Shown: positions 40,497 through 49,952 of the stretch, piece after piece
How the letters are laid out: every line of letters starts with the position of its first letter
Position numbering within the stretch: the stretch's first letter is position 1
Source: a bacterium
GTDB taxonomy: Bacteria > Hinthialibacterota > Hinthialibacteria > Hinthialibacterales > Hinthialibacteraceae
DNA: 64,000 nt
Assembly (NCBI GenBank): GCA_963662285.2
Contig: CAXXMV010000008.1
Coordinates: forward strand, 320,001-384,000
Direction: 5' to 3'
Notes under the pieces: generated by a model
The model's input: the letters and a program-made list of their open reading frames with translations, nothing else
Database searches by the model: none
Told to the model about the DNA's origin: nothing
Made by a program: the position numbers and the translations under genes

Positions 40497-40726
40497 CCCT
40501 CACCCTGGCTCTCTCCCCAAGGAAGATGGGACATTCTTGCTCTATGTTTATAATCGGGTGGCAAGGGCAAGACCGCAATGCGGTCAGCCCTTGATGCTAT
40601 CACTTACGATTTTGAGTATTACTCAGGATTTATATCGTCTTGCCATTGGCGCCAGGCTTTTATATATGGTGAGAGTTTTTTTGGATATTTCGCCCTCACC
40701 CTAGCCCTCTCCCGTGGGGAGAGGGA
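40497..40726. repeat. Repeat cluster between thiE and glnE: BoxC-like (40497-40531, 40692-40726) and MITE-end variant (40556-40605)
   Basis: gccctcaccctagccctctcccgtggggagaggga and gggtggcaagggcaagaccgcaatgcggtcagcccttgat. Confidence 0.75.
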
Positions 40727-40763
40727 ACCTTGTTTTACCATCTTATATGATTGTACAAAAGTA

Positions 40764-41822
40764 CTAAAGATAACTTTTAATCTTATCAGTAAAAGCCTGA
40801 GCGGCGGCGGTGATGTCATCCTGGCCGACTACAGCCGTAACAACTGCAATACGACGGGCGCCTTTTTGCAGCGGCTGATCAACATTATCTATTTTTATTC
40901 CACCCATAACCGTAAAGGGACAATCGACCTGGGAGGTAATCTCAGTTATTAAATCCGGCCCAACCGGCGCCGAGACGTTTTTTTTGGTCTGGGTAGCGAA
41001 AATCGGCCCGATATTGATATAACTGGCGCCTTCTTCGACGGCGATTTTGGCTTCATCCACTGAATGAGTCGATGAGCCGATGATAAAATTCGGACCGGCG
41101 ATGCGTCTCGCTTCAGCAATGGGAAAATCATCCTGCCCCAGATGAACGCCATCAGCCTCAACGGCCAGGGCGATGTCGAGATGATCATTCATGATGAAGG
41201 TGACTCCCCGTTCAGCGGTCAACTCGCGCAAACGGTAAGCCCAGACCAGCATTTCACGCTTGGACATATCCTTGTCGCGCAGTTGAATGCAGCCCGCCCC
41301 GCCATCCATCGCTTTTCGGGCTACTTCATCAAAATCACGTCCTTTGGAAAATTCACGTCCCAGTACGACGTAAAGATTAAAATCCAATTTCCGGGTATGC
41401 GACCACTTTTCCAATCCGGCGAATGTGGGCGGTTCAAGATCATAACAGCGATACCTCAGCTGAGAGAATTTCGTTACAGCTGAGGCGTCAACTGTGCGAA
41501 AGGTCTCTTCCAAGACGCGGAATGATTCCTGGGCGCGGTGAATATTGGATCGGGTCATATCAACCAGACTGGAATGAGGTTGAGCCTTAAATTCACGCCC
41601 GACATCACCTACGCTATCCCGGTATTCGAGTCCACGCTTTTGCAATCCGGGAATTGCGCCGATAATTTTCCACATATCACCGCGAATGTCACGCCACGAA
41701 TGAGCCAAAGCAGGATCATCCAAGACAAAACGGGCCACATCGCCCACCACGCGCAAGGCTTCGGCTGAACGATCCACATTGGCGTCGATCATGCGGTATA
41801 TGCCAGAATCAGTATTAGTCAT
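40764..41822 (-). CDS. thiE: Thiamine-phosphate synthase with N-terminal ThiD2 domain
   Basis: N-terminal RMIDANVDRSAEALRV; C-terminal QLRDK, DGVHLGQDD, STHS and GPIFATQTK; likely start ATG 41822. Confidence 0.92.
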   Translation of the reverse strand: MTNTDSGIYRMIDANVDRSAEALRVVGDVARFVLDDPALAHSWRDIRGDMWKIIGAIPGLQKRGLEYRDSVGDVGREFKAQPHSSLVDMTRSNIHRAQESFRVLEETFRTVDASAVTKFSQLRYRCYDLEPPTFAGLEKWSHTRKLDFNLYVVLGREFSKGRDFDEVARKAMDGGAGCIQLRDKDMSKREMLVWAYRLRELTAERGVTFIMNDHLDIALAVEADGVHLGQDDFPIAEARRIAGPNFIIGSSTHSVDEAKIAVEEGASYINIGPIFATQTKKNVSAPVGPDLITEITSQVDCPFTVMGGIKIDNVDQPLQKGARRIAVVTAVVGQDDITAAAQAFTDKIKSYL

Positions 41823-41838
41823 ATTTGAAAGAAATTCC

Positions 41839-42642
41839 TTAGAAATCCATTGGCGGACTGCTGGCGTTGGCATAGAGTTTGCGCTGGATTCGTCCGGCCA
41901 GATAGGCCTGACGTCCGGCGATAGCGGCGCATTTCATAGCCACTGCCATACGCACCGGGTCTTTGGCGCCTGCTATGCCCGTATTGAGAAGCACTGCTTC
42001 ACAGCCGATTTCAAAAGCTTTGCATACATCAGAAGCGGTTCCAACTCCGGCGTCAACAATAATGGGAACTTTAGCGCGTTCCAGAATAATGCGGATATTG
42101 TTGGGATTAAGAATTCCCTGCCCCGAACCGATGGGCGCTCCAGCCGGCATAACGCAGGTTGATCCTTCTTCTTCGAGTATCTTGGCCATGACCGGATCAT
42201 CGCTGGTATAGGTCATAACCGTGAAACCTTCATTAACCAATATTTTCAAGGCCTTCAAGGTCTCAACCGGATTGGGCAGCAACGTTTCGGGATCAGCCAG
42301 CACTTCCAGTTTAACCAGGCTTAAATTTGATATTTCCCGGCCCAGGCGGCAGACGCGAACCGCATCTTCGGCATTGAAACAACCCGCCGTATTGGGAAGG
42401 ATTACGTATTTCTTGGGATCGATATGATTGAGTAAATGATCGTCGGCGTCAAAATCCACCCGCCGTAAAGCCACGGTGACCATTTCCGTTTCCGAAGCTT
42501 CCAACGCCAGTTCGGTCTCTTCGAATGATTTGTATTTCCCCGTACCTACAATCAACCGCGAATTGAGAGTGATATCGCCCACTTTAAGCGGTTCGTCTTT
42601 GATGTACTGATCGAATTTGTTTTGTAAATCTGTTTTAGACAT
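41839..42642 (-). CDS. thiG: Thiazole synthase
   Basis: [33 protein letters not shown] and VDAGVG motifs. Confidence 0.97.
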   Translation of the reverse strand: MSKTDLQNKFDQYIKDEPLKVGDITLNSRLIVGTGKYKSFEETELALEASETEMVTVALRRVDFDADDHLLNHIDPKKYVILPNTAGCFNAEDAVRVCRLGREISNLSLVKLEVLADPETLLPNPVETLKALKILVNEGFTVMTYTSDDPVMAKILEEEGSTCVMPAGAPIGSGQGILNPNNIRIILERAKVPIIVDAGVGTASDVCKAFEIGCEAVLLNTGIAGAKDPVRMAVAMKCAAIAGRQAYLAGRIQRKLYANASSPPMDF

Positions 42643-42712
42643 TATTTCACCCCGTCATTTTTCTTTATATTACTTTCTGGTTTCACACCAGATTAGCTTA
42701 CAGAATTATTTA

Positions 42713-42913
42713 TCATCCACCGCCGACGAAACGCAATATTTCCAGTTCGTCTCCATCGCTTAGCTGATGCTCTTCAAATTTATCACGCTTGACAATTTCC
42801 CGGTTGACCTCGACCGCAACTTGCTGAGGATGGAGGTCAAGTTCTCTGAGAAGCTGGAAAATTGTGATTTTATCGCCAATTTTCTTGGTTTTTCCGTTTA
42901 ATGTTATGTTCAT
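42713..42913 (-). CDS. thiS: Sulfur carrier protein
   Basis: 66 aa; VAVEVNREIV; C-terminal FVGGG. Confidence 0.96.
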   Translation of the reverse strand: MNITLNGKTKKIGDKITIFQLLRELDLHPQQVAVEVNREIVKRDKFEEHQLSDGDELEILRFVGGG

Positions 42914-42945
42914 TTTAAACCTGTATTGTTTTTTTAACCGTGTAA

Positions 42946-42974
42946 AAGCTAATGTCGGCTTAGGAGCTTGTCAA
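42946..42974 (-). promoter_or_regulatory. Sigma70 promoter of thiSGE
   Basis: On the minus strand, TTGACA-17 bp-TAGCTT, about 30 nt before the thiS ATG. Confidence 0.6.
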
Positions 42975-43054
42975 GGCAACAACTTTTAATATGCGGGATG
43001 AATCGTGAAAAAATGAAAAAAACGGTAGGTGTTATGCACAGCCCAAGTGGATTT

Positions 43055-43143
43055 GATGGGACGCGCTGACGCTTTGTCCCATACTGTTCGCTAGGTAGGA
43101 TGACATTCTCCCCCCAAGTTTGGGGGGAGTTAGAGGGGGGTTG
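43055..43143. repeat. REP-like palindrome (43055-43084) and BoxC-like subtype A (43108-43143)
   Basis: gatgggacgcgctgacgctttgtcccatac and ctccccccaagtttggggggagttagaggggggttg. Confidence 0.65.
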
Positions 43144-43164
43144 CGTTTTAACCAATCAACCCAA

Positions 43165-44979
43165 TCATTGCTTCCTAATCAAAACCACCCAATCCTTCGC
43201 AGCATCTTGAGGCGCCTGACCGACTGAACCTGATTGATTCATTGATGCGACTGAGCCTTTTTGCAGGTCACCGCCGTTGCGTGGATCAAACCACTGCACG
43301 GTATAGGCGCCTTCCAGCAGTTTAATATCTGTCGTCCCGCCATTTGGCAGATAGACGGCGTATACCTGTCCCGGTTTAGCGAAGCAAAAATCATCCTTGG
43401 CGGAAGTCAGTTCATCGGCGTGCTTCATTTCCGTGAAAGGCAGGTGTTGTTGGAAGAAATTAAGCGCATAACGGGTGTAATCCCACATTTTATCGCGCGA
43501 GCGCCAATCCTCGCAGTTCAAGTCGTTATGATCGTATTTATATCCGAAATACCATTCGCAGCCAGCGCCGCCCGCCATCAGGTTGCCCCACAGTGAGTAA
43601 TGCCGTACTTCCTTATGTTCTGGATCATCCTTATCAGGCTTCACTCCGGTATGGGCCGGACCGATTTCATCGAGACAGACAAACCACTTATGGTCGGTTC
43701 CATCTGAACGGTCCAGCCATTTGATGGTTTCCGCATGAGTTTTTTCGGGATCGCCCATTTGCAGGGATGGTCCTTCAAGATCAGCATAACCAATCATGGG
43801 CGCATAGACTTTTTCGTACTGGCCGGGATAAGTGTGCACCACGACGGGATGGTCGTAAGCATCAACTTTATGGATATAAGACGAAAAAGCCTTGATCTGC
43901 TCAGTAGTATTGGTGTTCTCTTCGCCCAGGTTCCAAACCAGCGCCAGATGATGACCGAAGCGGGCAATCAATTCCTTGTAGTATAGTTTGCGCTCCAGCG
44001 ACAGTTCGCCGCCGTTGAGCAGTTGGTCGTTTTCGGTTTCCTGAGTAATGACATGCAGCAGCAGACCGAGTTTATCCATGTGGGAAAACACAATTTCCCA
44101 TTGATCTAGTTTACTGCAATCGAAACGGTCGCGGGCGTACATGTTGATCCAGGGCCAGACGTCGCGTCCGTCTCCTTCGATGTTCATGGTCAGGAAATAG
44201 ACCGAATTCATCTCTTCACTGGCTAGATAATTGAGGGCGCCAATGATGTTCTTCCCTTTACCGCCGCGCCAAGTAGGATCGCCCGGTTTCCAATCTTTCC
44301 GGTGAGCCTCATATTTATGCAGACGGCTGATAGGCGCTTCGCCCTGCCGGGTCAAACCGACGTGCTGGTTAAAAGCCTGATCGGTGCTATCGAATTCGAA
44401 GTAAGCCAAAAAGTTTTCCGGGCTGTCCGCGCCGCCTTTGATAAAGGATTCGCCATTTCCAGCGAACTGCATATAACGCTGGCCGACATAACGCAGCATT
44501 CCTTTGGCGCGATGGTCACGACCAGTCTTATCGCTGGGCGATACGACAAACTTACCACTGATATCATCAATGCCTTTTATCTTCTTGCCTGCTTTTTTAT
44601 CAAACGAAAGAGCCACATCCTGACCTTGAACAAACGAAGCGCGGAATTCCCAGGCGCCCGTCTTCTGGGGAACAAAATGCACGCGCCATTTATTTCCCTC
44701 AATAGCGCCGGTTTCAGAAGCATTGCCGTCAGCCGCGAAATAACCGGGGACTCTGATAGTCTGGCTATTTTGGGTAAAATCAACCGTCAAACAATAACCA
44801 CGGAAGGGATTAGGCACGGCGGTTTCACTGGTTTCAGGGCCATTAAAAGTAAAGGTAATGGGATGCCACTGTTTTTGTTCTCCAGTAATAGTCACATTTC
44901 CTAACGCTTCACATTGATTGCTATAAACCATCGAGAAAACCATACAGGCCGCCAAAAAGATAAAAATCGTTTTTTTCAT
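43165..44979 (-). CDS. Secreted DUF5060/DUF4038-like putative glycoside hydrolase with C-terminal collagen-binding-like domain
   Basis: Signal peptide; GYFAADG..WRVHF, WNLGEEN, WFDPRNG and DWVVL motifs. Confidence 0.75.
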   Translation of the reverse strand: MKKTIFIFLAACMVFSMVYSNQCEALGNVTITGEQKQWHPITFTFNGPETSETAVPNPFRGYCLTVDFTQNSQTIRVPGYFAADGNASETGAIEGNKWRVHFVPQKTGAWEFRASFVQGQDVALSFDKKAGKKIKGIDDISGKFVVSPSDKTGRDHRAKGMLRYVGQRYMQFAGNGESFIKGGADSPENFLAYFEFDSTDQAFNQHVGLTRQGEAPISRLHKYEAHRKDWKPGDPTWRGGKGKNIIGALNYLASEEMNSVYFLTMNIEGDGRDVWPWINMYARDRFDCSKLDQWEIVFSHMDKLGLLLHVITQETENDQLLNGGELSLERKLYYKELIARFGHHLALVWNLGEENTNTTEQIKAFSSYIHKVDAYDHPVVVHTYPGQYEKVYAPMIGYADLEGPSLQMGDPEKTHAETIKWLDRSDGTDHKWFVCLDEIGPAHTGVKPDKDDPEHKEVRHYSLWGNLMAGGAGCEWYFGYKYDHNDLNCEDWRSRDKMWDYTRYALNFFQQHLPFTEMKHADELTSAKDDFCFAKPGQVYAVYLPNGGTTDIKLLEGAYTVQWFDPRNGGDLQKGSVASMNQSGSVGQAPQDAAKDWVVLIRKQ

Positions 44980-45069
44980 TATATTTCCCCATTCCGTTTT
45001 TTAAGCTTCGTATATTCTATCATTTTAAATATTAGCCAAAAACCACCCATTCTATCAGAGATATAGAGT

Positions 45070-45678
45070 CTAATGCTGCCCGTGGTTCGGAGGAAAGCGC
45101 CCTGCATAATGCTTGTCATCCAACAAAACGTAAATATTGGTCGGATTGCCTTCCCAGAATACGATTTCTCCAATGCTATAGAGACCATTGGTTGAATCAT
45201 AACTATGGTATGGATATTTGTTAAAAAGAATTTTCGGTTGAAACCAGTATATAACTAATGCATGAAGTTTTGATGGACCAGTGGAACTTAGGGAATAGGC
45301 CGTAATACGGCTTTGAGCAGATACGATGCGCTCATGAGCGTAGCCATACCAATAAGGACGCCCGGAACCTTTCAAAAACGGGTCTTCAGGAACGCTGGAG
45401 ATATAGGAGACTGGCGTAGTCAGCCATGACAGAACTGATGAGGGAATTGTTTTCAATGAAGAGGAGACGACGCCATAGGGCGCATAACCATTATGATCCG
45501 CGCGGTAAAGTTCCTGGGCGGATATTAGAGCGTGAATATCAGAGACCGAACGCGCAATATTAGCCCTGATCCGCGCATTCAAAAAACTAGGGATGGCAAT
45601 CGCCGCCAGGATGCCAATGATGGCGACGACTATCAGTAATTCCAAAAGCGTAAACGCCCTGATGCGCCCTGTGCTCAT
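45070..45678 (-). CDS. Type IV pilin/T2SS pseudopilin-like protein
   Basis: RA|FTLLELLIVVAIIGILAAIAIP with Glu5; LTTPVSYISSVPEDPF. Confidence 0.9.
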   Translation of the reverse strand: MSTGRIRAFTLLELLIVVAIIGILAAIAIPSFLNARIRANIARSVSDIHALISAQELYRADHNGYAPYGVVSSSLKTIPSSVLSWLTTPVSYISSVPEDPFLKGSGRPYWYGYAHERIVSAQSRITAYSLSSTGPSKLHALVIYWFQPKILFNKYPYHSYDSTNGLYSIGEIVFWEGNPTNIYVLLDDKHYAGRFPPNHGQH

Positions 45679-45707
45679 ATTTTCAGATTAACCTCCCGGT
45701 TATACGT

Positions 45708-45745
45708 TCCCTCTCCCGCCGGGAGAGGGCAAGGGTGAGGGGGCG
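45708..45745. repeat. BoxC-like palindrome, subtype B
   Basis: tccctctcccgccgggagagggcaagggtgagggggcg. Confidence 0.75.
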
Positions 45746-45854
45746 AAATAAACAACCTCATTAAACCAAAAATCAAAATCTATAACATCCAGGGGGGATG
45801 CGAATAATCCACATCCCCCCATAAACATTAATCGTTAACTCATGTCTCAGAATA

Positions 45855-46970
45855 TCATTCCAAAGACAAAGTATAATCCACCGTCAAAGATTCTCCCGGC
45901 GCTACTAGTAAGTTAACAACCTGGTAAGATAGGGGAACTTCTGTGACATTCTCTCCAACTTTCAAACTGAGTTGCATAGTCGAATCGCCGCTCAGGGTGA
46001 AACTGGCTGGTCCATGCGGTCCAACGCGCTTGAACTCAAAATCAATCCCTGAGGTATTGGTCAGATTGATCCAATAGGTATTGCCATCTTTACGGTATGG
46101 CTCACTGACCATAACTGAATTAGCCAGGATGGCTTCCAGATAACGCTCCTTGCCGATGATCTGGTTCTTATACCAGACAGCGGTTCTTCCGGCGAACAAT
46201 GCTTCTTTGAGAGCAGGTAAAGTTTTTTCGGTTACAAAGACCAGCGTAACAGTACGGTGATTCTCATTTGTTGTTTCCATCAACATTGCCGGAGCATGGA
46301 TATCGGAATTGCCCATCATGGTCAAACCTTTTTCCAGACACCACTTATGAGCATTGGGATAGTAAGTTCCACCATTGCATACTTCCATGCCATGCAATAA
46401 TTTTTCTTCATATATTTTTGTATGGACGTCAAGCCACCGGCCTTTTTCTTCACCCTTCCATGCCTGATGATTCCACCATACAAAAGCGCCCTGCTGGTTA
46501 GCAGCCTTGATGCTATCGACGAAATCTTCCGTATCCAGGGGATCAATATCATTCAGGAAGATAGCATTGAAATGTCCCGGAGGAGTATCGCGGGTAATTT
46601 CCGCCGCACGGGGAAATAGAATTCCCTTTTCTTTTGCTGAAGGCTCGGCAATCTCGAATGAACGGTTGAAATTGGTGGGAAGGTCATTCTTGTGAGGTTG
46701 ATACTCAATATGATCCGAAATTGCTATGGCATCCAGATCCTCACGCCATGCCTCATTCACTCTAACGTTGGGCCATACCTGACCATCAGAGAAGACGGTA
46801 TGCATGTGCAAATCGCACTTTAAGGTTTGATAATCAAGAATATCAGGGATATGAAATTCTTTTTTAGGTTGAGAAACAATTTTCCATGTGGTTTTCTCCT
46901 GGCAATACGCTCCAGAAGAAAACACTAGACAAGCTGCAATGATGCTAAACATAAAAGTGATGCGTTTCAT
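45855..46970 (-). CDS. Secreted PHP-domain phosphoesterase (Sb-PDE-like)
   Basis: Signal peptide; DLHMHTVFSDG, ISDHIEY, PPGHFNA and NSDIH motifs. Confidence 0.88.
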   Translation of the reverse strand: MKRITFMFSIIAACLVFSSGAYCQEKTTWKIVSQPKKEFHIPDILDYQTLKCDLHMHTVFSDGQVWPNVRVNEAWREDLDAIAISDHIEYQPHKNDLPTNFNRSFEIAEPSAKEKGILFPRAAEITRDTPPGHFNAIFLNDIDPLDTEDFVDSIKAANQQGAFVWWNHQAWKGEEKGRWLDVHTKIYEEKLLHGMEVCNGGTYYPNAHKWCLEKGLTMMGNSDIHAPAMLMETTNENHRTVTLVFVTEKTLPALKEALFAGRTAVWYKNQIIGKERYLEAILANSVMVSEPYRKDGNTYWINLTNTSGIDFEFKRVGPHGPASFTLSGDSTMQLSLKVGENVTEVPLSYQVVNLLVAPGESLTVDYTLSLE

Positions 46971-47224
46971 TCTTCAATTCTCCTATCAAGATTTTTTGGT
47001 TATTTGATTATCTATTATTAGAAGCTCTGCTGTCAACCATTAACTTATTACAATTACGTCAACCTTTAGTTAACATTTTATTTATATATCATACTCCAGT
47101 CCGCCGCTTAATGGATTGAATATTATTACTATATGATCATTTATGGGTAGCAACTTACCAGGGAATCTAATAGTATTATATAAAAATTAAAGATTCAAAT
47201 CCAAGCATATTATAAGGATGGGAA

Positions 47225-48247
47225 ATGATGAAAAAAATCGCGTTTTACATTTGCCTGATCGGGGTAATGGCGTGTAATTATGGAATATGCGCCAAAGGAG
47301 CGGGGATTGTGAAAGAAGAATTTATCTACGCCAAAGCCTCATTCCCTTCATGCCATGCATCGACGCTGATTGAGTCGGAACCGGGCGTCATTTTAGCTGC
47401 GTGGTTTGGCGGTACGGGTGAAGGCGACAATGATGTTGGAATATGGGCGTCTCATTGCGTTGACGGCGTATGGACAAAACCTATTGAGATTGCAACAGCC
47501 GAAGCAGTGCCATGCTGGAATCCGGTTTTATTCAAAATGCCGGACGGCGAAATATGCCTGTTCTACAAAGCAGGCCCAAGCCCACGAGAATGGTCAGGTT
47601 TAATCAAGCGATCCCGCGATGGCGGCAAGACATGGTCCAAAGAAGAACTGCTGCCCGCCGGAATTCTCGGCCCGATCAAGAACAAACCAATTCTTCTGAA
47701 AGACGGCAGTTTAGTCTGTGGATCATCAGTGGAAAGCTGGCGCACCTGGACCTGCTGGATGGAAATCACCAAAGACAGCGGTAAAACCTGGAACAAATAC
47801 GGCCCTATCGTTCATCCTGAAGAGATCAATGGCATCATTCAGCCGACATTGTTCATGGATCAAGATGATAACCTGCGCATGTTGGCCCGTTCAACCCGTA
47901 AGATTGGTTATATCTGCTCATCCAAATCAACTGATGGCGGCAAAACCTGGTCGACTGTCAAAAATACTAACTTGCCTCACCCCGGTTCGGGTATTGACGC
48001 AGTTGATCTGAAAGACGGACGGGTGGTTTTGATCTATAACCACACCAAACGTGGACGCAGCCCGATCAACGTAGGACTATCAAAAGACGGCGGCGACACA
48101 TGGGAAATGATAGTCACCCTGGAAGATCAACCGGGCGAATACTCTTATCCTGCGGTCATTCAAACCAGCGATGGTTTAGTGCATACCACCTATACCTGGA
48201 AGCGTGAATTGATCAAACACGTCGTACTTGATCCATCAAAGTGGTAG
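47225..48247 (+). CDS. Secreted sialidase-like BNR/Asp-box protein
   Basis: CHAST; four Asp-boxes (SRDGGKTW, TKDSGKTW, STDGGKTW, SKDGGDTW); EYSYP. Confidence 0.88.
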   Translation: MMKKIAFYICLIGVMACNYGICAKGAGIVKEEFIYAKASFPSCHASTLIESEPGVILAAWFGGTGEGDNDVGIWASHCVDGVWTKPIEIATAEAVPCWNPVLFKMPDGEICLFYKAGPSPREWSGLIKRSRDGGKTWSKEELLPAGILGPIKNKPILLKDGSLVCGSSVESWRTWTCWMEITKDSGKTWNKYGPIVHPEEINGIIQPTLFMDQDDNLRMLARSTRKIGYICSSKSTDGGKTWSTVKNTNLPHPGSGIDAVDLKDGRVVLIYNHTKRGRSPINVGLSKDGGDTWEMIVTLEDQPGEYSYPAVIQTSDGLVHTTYTWKRELIKHVVLDPSKW

Positions 48248-48307
48248 AGTAGTATATGAAATGTAAAAAAATGAATTCAGTGAAATGGAATAAGGAGGTT
48301 ATTTTTT

Positions 48308-49343
48308 ATGTTTAAGAATATCAAAACCATGTTAGTAGTCGGGATAACGATTGGTCTTTGCTTCAGCGGGTGCGGAGGCGGAGGAGAAAGCGAAACTGGA
48401 AGCGGTAAAGTGATTGAATTATCCTACAGTATATTCTTCCCACCAACGCATATTCAATGCATCACAGCAGACGCATGGGCCAAAGAGATCGAAAAAACGC
48501 ACTGATGGACGCGTAAAGATCGCCATGTATCCTGGAGGATCATTATCCAAGGCGCCTCAAGTTTATGAGGGCGTGGTTAATGGCATCTCTGATATCGGAA
48601 TGAGCTGTTTCGCTTATACCCGCGGCCGCTTCCCCTTACTGGAAGGACTGGATTTACCTGTAGGTTATCCCAATGGATTAACGGCCACCAAAGCCGCCAA
48701 CGAAATGATCAAAAAACACAATCCTAAAGAAGTGGCGGATACTCACGTACTTTATATCCATGCTCATGGTCCTGGATTATTAGCCTCTAAAAAACCTGTA
48801 CGCTCTCTAGAGGATATCAAAGGATTGAAAGTTCGGGCGACTGGACTTTCCTCCAAAATCGTCGCCAGCCTGGGCGGTTCTCCTGTCGCTATGAGCCAGC
48901 CGGAAACTTATGAAGCATTACAACGCGGCGTGGTTGAAGCCACCTTCTGTCCAATTGAAACGCTAAAGGGATGGAAGCAAGGCGAAGTTATCGACTATGT
49001 GATTGATACATCCGTCATTGGATATACCACATCTATGTTCGTCGTTATGAACAATGATAAATGGAATAGCCTTCCAGCCGATATCCAGAAGATATTCGAC
49101 GAAGTATGCGCCGAATGGATTATAAGACACGGCGAAGCATGGGATGAAGCTGATGCTCAGGGCCGGGAATTCGTTAAAGAACTCAAACGGGAAACCATCA
49201 CTCTTCCGGTTGAAGAACAAGCCAAATTAAAAACAGCTGTTGAACCTATTCTTAGCGAATATGTCAAAACCACTACTGAGAAAGAATTGCCGGGAGACGT
49301 ATTCCTAAAGGATCTACAAGACATTCTGGCCAAAGGCAAATAG
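48308..49343 (+). pseudogene. dctP: TRAP substrate-binding lipoprotein DctP, split by a +1 frameshift (possible sequencing error)
   Basis: The lipoprotein-signal ORF 48308-48505 and body ORF 48414-49343 join if one A of the A6 run at 48492-48497 is removed ([13 protein letters not shown]). Confidence 0.85.
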
Positions 49344-49363
49344 TACTCTGATCAACAATAAAT

Positions 49364-49413
49364 GCCCTCACTCCAGTCCCCTCTCCCCACGGGAGAGGGC
49401 TAGGGTGAGGGCG
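49364..49413. repeat. BoxC-like palindrome between dctP and dctQ
   Basis: ccctctccccacgggagagggctagggtgagggc is the exact reverse complement of the copy at 40692-40725. Confidence 0.8.
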
Positions 49414-49454
49414 GAATTAAATTAGTTGAACTCAATATTAAAATCAGGCAATCC

Positions 49455-49952
49455 ATGAATTCTATTCTTAATACGTTATCCACCCTGGTAAAAGGACTGG
49501 TATTTTTTTTAACGGTGATATCCGGATTGTGCATCCTCCTCATGATGACGATTACCTGTCTGGATATCATTCTACGTCTTTTCGGCCATCCCATTACCGG
49601 CGTCTATGATATAATAAAACTCACCAGCGCAATCACCATTTGCTGCGCCTTACCATACACTACGGCGGTAAAGGGTCATGTCTCAGTTGAGTATTTTTTC
49701 CACAAACTAAACCGTAGGAACCGCATTATAGTAGATACGATCACCCGCGTTCTCACCATGTCCTTTTTCGGCCTTCTGGCCTATCGCTGTTTCTATTATG
49801 GATTAGCGCTCTACAACAGTGGAGAAGCAACCGCAACATTACAAATCCCGACTTTCTGGGTAATGTACGTGATCTCATTTTCTTGCGTTATTGTTGTTTT
49901 TGTTATCTTCGAGCACCTGCTTCACCCCGGTAAAGAAATGATTAAGCCATGA
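49455..49952 (+). CDS. dctQ: TRAP transporter small permease
   Basis: 4 TM segments; D..LR..G.P and GHVSV motifs. Confidence 0.9.
   Translation: MNSILNTLSTLVKGLVFFLTVISGLCILLMMTITCLDIILRLFGHPITGVYDIIKLTSAITICCALPYTTAVKGHVSVEYFFHKLNRRNRIIVDTITRVLTMSFFGLLAYRCFYYGLALYNSGEATATLQIPTFWVMYVISFSCVIVVFVIFEHLLHPGKEMIKP

Noticed and set aside
40578-40952. Short ORFs over the repeat cluster (also 37226-37456 and 42949-43155)
   Set aside because: Translations such as LSPRERARVR arise from the palindromic repeats; there is no independent coding evidence.
45792-45820. Hairpin GGGGGGATG..CATCCCCCC as the terminator of the PHP gene
   Set aside because: No U-tract follows on the minus strand; function unclear.
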